IMG/VR virus record: IMGVR_UViG_3300045988_125155
DNA from: a virus
DNA: 43,744 nt
Direction: 5' to 3' (one strand)
Shown: positions 7,308 through 14,067 of the stretch, piece by piece
Layout of the letters: every line of letters begins with the position of its first letter
How positions within the stretch are numbered: the first letter of the stretch is position 1
Notes under the pieces: generated by a model
Told to the model about the DNA's origin: nothing
Databases searched by the model: none
What the model saw: only the letters and a program-made list of their open reading frames with translations
Translations under genes and position numbers: made by a program

Positions 7308-7841
7308 TCAGGCGGGGATCGTTTCGCGGCTGTTGGTCTGGTAGCTGGTGCCGTTGTACTTCTGGTAGATTTCTTCATAAGATGCGCGACGGTTGCGGCG
7401 GCTGCTGTCGCCTGCCGGGTGCCAGTAGTATTTGCAGCGGTTAGCAGACCAGCGGAAACCGAGCTTTTCGAGGGTGTGCAACCACTTGTGGCTACTGTCG
7501 GCCCAGATCCAAGAGCCGACAACATCGAACTTCAGGCCGGGGCACTTGGCCAGCTCTTCGGCCATCTTGGCGGCCTCTGCATCCTGCGCGGCCTTGGCGG
7601 CGTCCTCTGCCGCTCTGGTCTGCTCGTACTGCTGGCGGCCTTGCTTGGCCTGCTCGCTGCAGAAGCGGGGAAGTGTGGGCTTCAATTCGTCCCACTCGGC
7701 GTTGATTTCCTGCATGTCGGAGACGCTGCCGCCGTGGTCGGGGTGGTGCTTGCTGGCGAGGTCGCGATACATCGCGGTGCCTTCGGTGATGGTGCAGGGG
7801 CGGGGGTTGAACCATTTATAGGTTTTATATGTGGTGGTCAT
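7308..7841 (-). CDS. J-domain (DnaJ-like) protein, 177 aa
   Basis: Uses the internal ATG at 7841 after AGGAGGAA. AMYRDLASKHHPDHGG carries the HPD motif. The C-terminal GSWIWADSSHKWLHTLEKLGFRWS region resembles what I recall from mobile-element J proteins. Confidence 0.8.
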   Translation of the reverse strand: MTTTYKTYKWFNPRPCTITEGTAMYRDLASKHHPDHGGSVSDMQEINAEWDELKPTLPRFCSEQAKQGRQQYEQTRAAEDAAKAAQDAEAAKMAEELAKCPGLKFDVVGSWIWADSSHKWLHTLEKLGFRWSANRCKYYWHPAGDSSRRNRRASYEEIYQKYNGTSYQTNSRETIPA

Positions 7842-7893
7842 GTTGTTTCCTCCTGTGGGGCCGCTGGGCGGCTGTTCTTGTTTCGATGGCTTT

Positions 7894-7922
7894 ATTATAT
7901 CCGTCGACGTGTACCTTGTCAA
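7894..7922 (-). promoter_or_regulatory. consensus sigma-A promoter driving the J-domain operon
   Basis: On the minus strand: TTGACA (7922-7917), 17-nt spacer, TATAAT (7899-7894). Confidence 0.65.
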
Positions 7923-7994
7923 TACGTCTACGTGTAATTTGTAGGGTTGCACAGTAAACGTCTACGTGTTTTGTGCATCTTGTACACGTTGACG
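7902..7994. promoter_or_regulatory. four copies of a 12-bp operator-like motif CGTC(G/T/A)ACGTGT(A/T)
   Basis: Copies at 7902-7913, 7925-7936 and 7959-7970 are direct; 7983-7994 is inverted. Copy 1 lies in the spacer of the leftward promoter. Copy 4 covers the -35 of the rightward promoter. Confidence 0.65.
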
Positions 7995-8017
7995 TATTGG
8001 GCGCGGTGTGGTATGAT
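7989..8017 (+). promoter_or_regulatory. sigma-A promoter for the RHH gene
   Basis: TTGACG (7989-7994), 17-nt spacer, TATGAT (8012-8017) with an extended -10 (TGg). Confidence 0.6.
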
Positions 8018-8046
8018 GGTTGTACTATATAAGAGGAGGCGACAAC

Positions 8047-8247
8047 ATGGCATCACCAGCACAGATACAGGCAAATGTTAGGTACAATCGCAGCCGGGAC
8101 AGCATCACGATCCGGCCCAGCAAGGAGGACGGCGCAGCAGTGCGGCAGGCAGCAGCAGCAGCCGGGCAGAGTGTGCAAGGCTACATTATGCAGGCATGTT
8201 CCGAGAGGATGCAACGAGAAAATCACGATAAACCGAAAAACACTTGA
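8047..8247 (+). CDS. ribbon-helix-helix (CopG/Arc-like) DNA-binding protein, 66 aa
   Basis: ATG 8047 follows GAGGAGG. ITIRPSKEDGAAVRQAAAAAGQSVQGYIMQACSERM follows a beta-strand plus two-helix RHH pattern. The gene is adjacent to the operator array. Confidence 0.65.
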   Translation: MASPAQIQANVRYNRSRDSITIRPSKEDGAAVRQAAAAAGQSVQGYIMQACSERMQRENHDKPKNT

Positions 8248-8272
8248 CAAAATCGCACTTACATAGTAAAAT
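8244..8272 (+). promoter_or_regulatory. near-consensus promoter overlapping the RHH stop codon
   Basis: TTGACA (8244-8249), 17-nt spacer, TAAAAT (8267-8272). Confidence 0.5.
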
Positions 8273-8277
8273 GTGTA

Positions 8278-8399
8278 TAATGAGCGAACCACGCGAGGAA
8301 GCGAGCTTCCGCGGCGGGGCTCACTCATTATACAGTTTTAACGTATCAACGCAAAAAATAGGTTTCGGGCGTCCAGCTTTACCGCTGGGCGCTTTTTTT
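8278..8399 (+). ncRNA. candidate ~120-nt structured leader or small RNA upstream of terS
   Basis: A long imperfect hairpin spans 8278-8330, with a 13-bp outer stem (2 mismatches) and an inner GGAAG-CGAG-CTTCC. The intrinsic terminator at 8369-8399 follows. No ORF is present. Confidence 0.35.
8369..8399 (+). terminator. intrinsic terminator
   Basis: 9-bp stem GCGTCCAGC / GCTGGGCGC, loop TTTACC, then a T7 run. Confidence 0.8.
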
Positions 8400-8428
8400 G
8401 TTGCTTTTTAAGGCAGGAGGGCGGCAAC

Positions 8429-8995
8429 ATGGCAGAAAAGAAGGCGGCGCAGGCCGTCCAGCTTGGAGAAGTGACCCGCAAGGCAATTGCAGGAGTCGAA
8501 AAAGCCAGGCAAGCAGCAGAACGCGGAGAACTCGTAGATAAGCGCGGAAACAGGATGAACCCGGCCAGCATTGCGAATCTGCGGCCAGGTACAGCAATAA
8601 AGGATATGGAGCCGGAACGAAGGCGGGAAATTCAGCAGGCAGGGCAGAAGGCCAGCGTTGAAGCCCAGAAGAAGCGCCGAACGATTAAGGAGATATATAG
8701 CGACCTGCTACAGCAGCCGGACAGCGTGGAAGGCTTGGAAGATGAGGAACTAGCCCAAACTGTGCAAGAGATGGCACAGAAGAGGGGAAAGCCGATAACT
8801 TTATATGAATCAATCGCGGTTGCGATGGCGGCGAAAGCGAAGGCCGGAGACGTCAAAGCGGCGGTGTTTGTGCGAGATTCTGCGGGCGATAAACCGGCTG
8901 ACCAGATGGAGATTACAGCCGAAACAATGACCGATGCGGATAGAGAATTGATGCAGAACATACAGAAGCGATTGCAAAAGAACGATAATACGTGA
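8429..8995 (+). CDS. terS: terminase small subunit
   Basis: GGAGGG RBS. NPASIANLRPG and AVAMAAKAKAGDVKAAVFVRDSAGDKP match the terS pattern as I recall it. It lies upstream of terL. Confidence 0.7.
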   Translation: MAEKKAAQAVQLGEVTRKAIAGVEKARQAAERGELVDKRGNRMNPASIANLRPGTAIKDMEPERRREIQQAGQKASVEAQKKRRTIKEIYSDLLQQPDSVEGLEDEELAQTVQEMAQKRGKPITLYESIAVAMAAKAKAGDVKAAVFVRDSAGDKPADQMEITAETMTDADRELMQNIQKRLQKNDNT

Positions 8996-9512
8996 TTTCG
9001 CTGTTCGCTAAATAAGTATTTAGCGAAATAGTGGCCGGCAGCAGCGCGGCAGCAGGCGGAAACGGTGCGGAGCTGGGCGGAACCAGCAGGCGGAAACCGG
9101 GGACGGGCTGTAGATAAAGAAGGACGCGCGGGGGTATTTTTTTTGCGGCGGTCTGCCGGGAGAGGACAGGCGGCAGCAGGGTAGGGGGTACCCCCTATAA
9201 AGGGGGAGGCGGGGCTCATAGGTAGCGCGGCTTGGTACGAATATGTTCATTCCCCCAGCGAACATAAAAATAAATTCTCTCCCCTGCCACAAACATCCAT
9301 GAAAAATGAAAGAAAACGCGGGATTGTATCGCAAGCAAGAAACAAGAGTACATATCCCCCCTATGAGGGAACTACACCCTGAATAGCAAAGGTTCCCTAA
9401 AAAAATAAAATTTTGAAATTTTGAGTATCCCGGCGCGGGTGTCAGTTTGAAAACCTCCTCTGACTATGGGACTAGGGCCGTCCGCTTCAAGACCCAGCGG
9501 CCACAATACAAA

Positions 9513-9541
9513 GCGTTCTGCTACGGCAGGGCGCTTTTTTA
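9513..9541 (+). terminator. intrinsic terminator inside the gap
   Basis: Stem GCGTTCTGC / GCAGGGCGC (two G-U pairs), loop TACG, then TTTTTTATTT. Confidence 0.6.
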
Positions 9542-9737
9542 TTTGCTGCATAGCCAGCTGCAAACTGGGCCTGACCAGTCAATGCGGCAAGGGCGCTGCG
9601 CTCCGCAAGCTACGGCGTGGCAAAGGTGCAAGGCCTATGTGCAGTACCAGAGGGCAGGGTCGCAACCTGTCTGTGTGAGCGTGTGCGGTATACCTCACAA
9701 ATGATGACAATGGTCGTGCAAACGGCAAGCCGCACAT

Positions 9738-9795
9738 GCCCTTGTAGCTCAATGGCAAGAGCCTTGGTGTGCCGGTTCAAGTCCGGCTGAGGGCA
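9738..9795 (+). ncRNA. tRNA-like element lacking an anticodon arm (58 nt)
   Basis: Acceptor GCCCTTG / TGAGGGC. D-arm GCTC-AATGGCAA-GAGC. T-arm GCCGG-TTCAAGT-CCGGC. Discriminator A. Only 8 nt (CTTGGTGT) sit where about 23 nt of anticodon arm and variable loop belong. Flanked by GCACATGC at 9732-9739 and 9793-9800. Confidence 0.5.
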
Positions 9796-10123
9796 CATGC
9801 TGGGTCACTCCCACCGGTGAAAGCCCGGCGCAGGCAAAACGCGATAGATAACCTGAACGCTGTAAGCAAAGCGGCAAGCCGATCAGGAGCGCGGCGCGAT
9901 GGCAGACCGCAACGGGACTTCGAGAGCCTGAAAAAGTCTGCCCCACATCTGCTTGCGCGGACGCTGTTACTGACACCGTTGCGCGTTGTGGCCCCCCTTT
10001 AATCAAAGCAGAAACCGCGACCAGCGGACGGGATATAAATAACGCTGGATTACGTTGCAGGTGTGCAGCTGCAACGGGTGAGACCGGCATAGCATAAACC
10101 GGTAGGGCGGGTATGGGGAATTT

Positions 10124-11635
10124 TTGAGGAAATGGGGTGATGTGTTGACGCTGGAAGAGATGCGGGAACTTGAGCGCGAGGCGTGCAGGAAAGACCCGGT
10201 GTATTTTTGCGAAACATATTGCCACATTGAGGACAAGGACGCTGACGAGCTGATACAGCCGTTTACGCTGTGGGACGGGCAAAAAAAAGCACTGGTCGTG
10301 TTTGCCGAGAACCGGCTTGTTTGCGTGCTGAAAGCGCGTCAGCTGGGCTTTACATGGCTGGCGCTGGCAGAGGTAGCGCGGCTTGTGGCGCTGAACACAG
10401 GCCGTACTGCGATTGGCTTGAGCCGGTCAGAGGACGAGGCCAAAGAGCTTGTGCGCCGCCTTGCGGTGATACTGCGGTACATGCCGGGGCTTATCCGAGA
10501 GGTGGACACGCCGGGCGGCAGCGTTGCAGGTTGGACAGGGCCGGTATTCTACAAAAGCACAATGCAGGTGGTTGTGATGTGGCCGGACGGCCCGGAGAGC
10601 GTGTTTAAGGCGTTTCCGTCAAGCCCTGCTGCAGGCCGTTCGTTTACCGCTGATTTGATCGTGATAGACGAATGGGCGTTCCAGCAGTACGCAGAGGAAA
10701 TATGGCAGGCCGCATACCCGGTTATCAACAGACCGTTCGGCGGGCGGGTCATCGGGCTGTCAACCATCAAACTGGGCACGCTGTTTGAGGAAATCTACAC
10801 AAACCCCGGCAACGGTTTTGCAAAGCTGTTTTTGCCGTGGAGCACAGACCCGCGCCGCAGTGAGAAGTGGTACGCACAGACTGTTGCTGCGCTGGGCGAG
10901 GATAAAACGATGCAGGAGTACCCTGCAACTGAAGAAGAAGCGCTCTCCGCCCCCGGAGGGCGCTTTTTTAGTGAGCTTGACAAAGATACCCACTTGGTCG
11001 ATGCGCCGCCTACAGGGTCGCTAAGACGCTATGTGACGATTGACTATGGCCTTGATATGCTGGCGGCACTTTGGATAGCTGTTGACACGCAGGGTCATGC
11101 AACGGTGTACCGGGTGGACGGCGGGCCGAACAAGACGATAGGTGAAGCGGCGGACTTGATTTTGCGCGATTCTGCCGAGGAAGAGATAGACATGTATCTT
11201 GCTCCACCTGACCTGTGGAACCGAAGTCAGGAGAGCGGCAAGAGCCGCGCACAGCTGTTCAGCGAGGCGGGGCTGCCGTTGGTGCAGAGTTCCCGAGATT
11301 TTCCGGCAGGATGCGCAGCCATGAAACAATGGCTGCGTAAGGACGAAAAGAGCGGGAAAGGGTATCTGACATTCTACAAACCGGGCGAGCTGTGGACGTG
11401 CCTGACGAAGATACAGAAGGATGATAAAAACCCCGATGTGTATGCGAAGAACCCGCACGGCCTGACGCATTACCCGGACGCATTACGCTATTTTTGCGTT
11501 TGGTGGACAAGCCCGGCGAAAAAACCTGTGAATATACGAAAGAGGCCGTGGACGGCGGACATGTACGAGGATTACAAGAACGCCAGCCCGAAAGACCGCA
11601 AAATGCTGATTGAGAAATGGGGGAACCCTGCATGA
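10124..11635 (+). CDS. terL: terminase large subunit
   Basis: 503-aa ORF. N-terminal RKDPVYFCETYCHIEDKD, then VLKARQLGFTWL (Walker-A-like region) and LIVIDEWAF (Walker B). The start is uncertain: TTG 10124 or GTG 10142. Confidence 0.9.
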   Translation: MRKWGDVLTLEEMRELEREACRKDPVYFCETYCHIEDKDADELIQPFTLWDGQKKALVVFAENRLVCVLKARQLGFTWLALAEVARLVALNTGRTAIGLSRSEDEAKELVRRLAVILRYMPGLIREVDTPGGSVAGWTGPVFYKSTMQVVVMWPDGPESVFKAFPSSPAAGRSFTADLIVIDEWAFQQYAEEIWQAAYPVINRPFGGRVIGLSTIKLGTLFEEIYTNPGNGFAKLFLPWSTDPRRSEKWYAQTVAALGEDKTMQEYPATEEEALSAPGGRFFSELDKDTHLVDAPPTGSLRRYVTIDYGLDMLAALWIAVDTQGHATVYRVDGGPNKTIGEAADLILRDSAEEEIDMYLAPPDLWNRSQESGKSRAQLFSEAGLPLVQSSRDFPAGCAAMKQWLRKDEKSGKGYLTFYKPGELWTCLTKIQKDDKNPDVYAKNPHGLTHYPDALRYFCVWWTSPAKKPVNIRKRPWTADMYEDYKNASPKDRKMLIEKWGNPA

Positions 11636-11808
11636 GATGCCCGACTTGCGGCGTAGAGTGCCGCGTGGATTCCAGCACGGAGGTGCTGAAATTTATCTGC
11701 CGAAGCAAGCAATGCCCGCGGTTCGGGCAGGTTGTGGGGGAGCTGGCACCGGGAAAAGCGGTGCAGAGGGTGAGTTACCCGGTGAATGACAAGGGAAACG
11801 GTGAGTAA
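11632..11808 (+). CDS. small zinc-ribbon protein, 58 aa
   Basis: ATGA overlap with the terL stop. Contains CPTC...CRSKQC cysteine pairs. Confidence 0.5.
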   Translation: MRCPTCGVECRVDSSTEVLKFICRSKQCPRFGQVVGELAPGKAVQRVSYPVNDKGNGE

Positions 11809-11814
11809 GATTCA

Positions 11815-11866
11815 CTTTGCCCTCATCCGGCCTGCGGGCCACCTTCCCCCACAGGGGAAGGCAAAG
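11815..11866 (+). repeat. copy A of a 3-copy intergenic hairpin element
   Basis: The sequence CCCTCATCCGGCCTGCGGGCCACCTTCCCC-CACA-GGGGAAGG is shared with 25885-25948 and 32440-32501. Confidence 0.7.
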
Positions 11867-11879
11867 AAAATGATAGAAG

Positions 11880-11912
11880 AAGCGCTTATCCGAAAGGGTA
11901 GGCGCTTTTTTT
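11880..11912 (+). terminator. intrinsic terminator
   Basis: 12-bp stem AAGCGCTTATCC / GGGTAGGCGCTT, GAAA loop, then a T-run. Confidence 0.7.
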
Positions 11913-11954
11913 ATACAAATTTTTAGCCGGCGGGCGTTGTACGCGGAGGAACCT

Positions 11955-12773
11955 ATGGACGAGTTTGAAAACGGCGTGACCGCTGGCGTAGCCGACCAGA
12001 TTGACGACAACCCGACAGAAAATGTGGAAACTGTGGAAAGTGAAGTGGAAAGTGCCGCCCAAAACACGGAAACTGCCGCGGAACCGGAAATCCCAAACAA
12101 TGTATGGGCCATTGCCCGCCAGCGCAGCGAGCGAGAGGCACAGCAGCGTGTGGACAGACAGTTTGCACAGCGCTTTGCCGGGTACAAAAACCCCGAGACC
12201 GGCGCGCCGGTCAAGTCGATGCAGGACTATTTCGCCGCACTGGACGCCCAGAACAAGCTTGACCGTCAGCGTGCAATCGAGCAGGCCACGGCGAACCAGA
12301 CAGCGGAACAGAGAGCCGCGTTGCAGCGCCTTATCGACAACGACCCGGAGAAGGCACAGCTGAAAGCCGAGATGGAGGAGCTGAAAGCCGCCAGAGTCAA
12401 CGACGAGGCGCAGGCAGCGTTCAATGCTGACTTTGTCGCGCTGCAAAAAATTGAGCCGAGCCTGAAAACCACCGCAGACCTTGCCAAGCTTGAAAATTTT
12501 GACAAGATGGTCGAGCTTGTGCAGAGAAACGGGCTGGACATGGTGACCGCTTATAAGGCGCTGAACTATGGCAAGGCCGTACAGAGCGGCACGGAGGCAG
12601 GACGGCAGGCGGCCATCAATGCGGCAAAAAGCAAAGGACACCTGGCCGCGCACGGCGGTGCCAATATGCCGGGCAAGGAAAAGACCATGAGCAGCGGGAT
12701 GCTTGCGAAAGCGCATGAGTATTTCCCGGACAAGAGCGATGAGGAGCTGCAGAAGCTCTACAACTCGATTTGA
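11955..12773 (+). CDS. scaffolding protein
   Basis: ATG 11955 follows GGAGGA. Acidic N-terminus and Ala/Gln-rich coiled coil. It lies immediately upstream of the capsid gene. Confidence 0.65.
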   Translation: MDEFENGVTAGVADQIDDNPTENVETVESEVESAAQNTETAAEPEIPNNVWAIARQRSEREAQQRVDRQFAQRFAGYKNPETGAPVKSMQDYFAALDAQNKLDRQRAIEQATANQTAEQRAALQRLIDNDPEKAQLKAEMEELKAARVNDEAQAAFNADFVALQKIEPSLKTTADLAKLENFDKMVELVQRNGLDMVTAYKALNYGKAVQSGTEAGRQAAINAAKSKGHLAAHGGANMPGKEKTMSSGMLAKAHEYFPDKSDEELQKLYNSI

Positions 12774-12797
12774 TTTTTTGTGTAAAGGAGACTGACT

Positions 12798-13799
12798 ATG
12801 GCAGTTATTTTTAGCAAGGCAAGCGGCCTTGCCAATGATTTTTGGAATGAGTGGGCTGACCTGCTCACCATGAAAATGAAGGACACAGACAACGAGAAGA
12901 ACAACGATGACGAGCTTGTCAATGCGCTGTTCAATGTCAAGAAGTCCAAGCGTTTCGGTGAGAAGATTGCGGGCATGTCTACCTTCTCCAACTTTGATCT
13001 GGTCGATGAGGGCGCGTCCAGCCCGCTGGATGATTTCGGCGAGGTTGAGCCCAAACTTATCCAGCATTCGGAGTTCAAGAAGGCGTTCCGCATCACCAAG
13101 ACGATGATCGAGGACAACCAGTTCGATATGGCCGCTGCCCGCGCTGCTGCCTATGTGCGTGCCTACAAGCGCAGCCGTGCTGTGTTTGCTTCCAGCGCAC
13201 TGACCAGCGCTGCCGCGACCTTTACTTACGGCGCAAAGACCGGGCTGGATTCCACCACCGCAGACGGCAAGGCCCTGTTTGCCAAAGATCATACCGGCAA
13301 GACCGGCGTTGCCGCGCAGAGCAATGTGTTCACCAATGCGCTGGGCACCGATGACGCGATGTTGAACAAGCTGGCGAATGTCGGTTTCAACTTCATGAAT
13401 GCCTCCGGCAACCACATGGGCTATGTGTTCGACACCATCATCCTGCCTGCTAACCGCCCCGAGATGATCGTGCTGGCAAAGAAGATCGCCAACAGTGACC
13501 AGCAGGTCGGCAGCAACTTCAACGATGTGAACGTCAACAAGGGCATGTGGAAGCTGATCGTTGACCACCATTGGCAGGCTGCTGACGAGACGAACCCCTA
13601 TATCATCATGAGTTCTCAGGCCAACAAGGACCTGCTGGGCAATGTGTTCTATGACCGTACCGCGATGGAGACCTTCCAGAATGTGGACACGATGACGCAG
13701 GATTTGATCACTTCCTGCCGTGGCCGTTTCAGCGCCGGTTTCGGAGATTGGCGGCACGTTATTTTGGGCGGCGCTACTGCTGGCAGCACGCTGACCTAA
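12798..13799 (+). CDS. major capsid protein
   Basis: 333 aa with an AAGGAG RBS. It follows the scaffold gene and is followed by a strong terminator. The assignment rests on position and size only. Confidence 0.8.
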   Translation: MAVIFSKASGLANDFWNEWADLLTMKMKDTDNEKNNDDELVNALFNVKKSKRFGEKIAGMSTFSNFDLVDEGASSPLDDFGEVEPKLIQHSEFKKAFRITKTMIEDNQFDMAAARAAAYVRAYKRSRAVFASSALTSAAATFTYGAKTGLDSTTADGKALFAKDHTGKTGVAAQSNVFTNALGTDDAMLNKLANVGFNFMNASGNHMGYVFDTIILPANRPEMIVLAKKIANSDQQVGSNFNDVNVNKGMWKLIVDHHWQAADETNPYIIMSSQANKDLLGNVFYDRTAMETFQNVDTMTQDLITSCRGRFSAGFGDWRHVILGGATAGSTLT

Positions 13800-13810
13800 G
13801 GCGGTGCAGC

Positions 13811-13993
13811 ATGGTTCCTAAAGGATTGAAAATCGGGGACACCTTTGAGGACGGCAAGCGGCTGTATGTTGTGGAGGCCGTGAACGGGGACGGGACGTAT
13901 TATTCTCGGGCGGTAGAGAAATCCCCCAGACCTGCGGCCACCTCCCACGCAAGCGATGAGAGCAAGGGAAAACGGCGAACCAAGAAGCAGTAG
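13811..13993 (+). CDS. hypothetical 60-aa protein with a basic tail
   Basis: Uses the internal ATG at 13811 of the track ORF: MVPKGLKIGDTFEDGKRLYVVEAVNGDGTYYSRAV... Confidence 0.45.
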   Translation: MVPKGLKIGDTFEDGKRLYVVEAVNGDGTYYSRAVEKSPRPAATSHASDESKGKRRTKKQ

Positions 13994-13997
13994 TTTT

Positions 13998-14028
13998 AGC
14001 GGCTCTGCTGCGGCAGGGCCGCTTTTTT
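13998..14028 (+). terminator. intrinsic terminator after the capsid region
   Basis: 11-bp stem AGCGGCTCTGC / GCAGGGCCGCT followed by a T6 run. Confidence 0.75.
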
Positions 14029-14067
14029 ATCACATTTGCGGGGGCATGACCCCACAGGAGTGACGAT

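Larger units (their letters stand above)
8996..10123 (+). other. 1.1-kb ORF-free, hairpin-rich gap between terS and terL (candidate large or multiple ncRNAs)
   Basis: Only junk-composition ORFs without RBSs occur here. Structural elements: a perfect 10-bp hairpin at 9004-9027; CAGCAGGCGGAAAC at 9050-9063 and 9084-9097; competing GGGGG/CCCCC/GGGGG arms at 9184-9206; an internal terminator at 9513-9541; a tRNA-like element at 9738-9795. Confidence 0.5.

Noticed and set aside
8020-8046. The longer track start (8020) for the RHH gene, and similar upstream-extended starts for many track ORFs (7952, 6339, 766, 15893, 16489, 18323, 20200, 21221, 24416, 24777, 24955, 32200).
   Set aside because: In each case an internal ATG or GTG with a well-spaced GGAGG-type RBS gives a more plausible start. 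The extensions have junk composition or overlap upstream genes.
9020-10282. ORFs 9020..9334(-), 9447..9704(+) and 9749..10282(-) as genes filling the terS-terL gap.
   Set aside because: They have Arg/Pro/Cys-rich junk composition and no SD sequences. They overlap hairpins, a terminator and the tRNA-like element.
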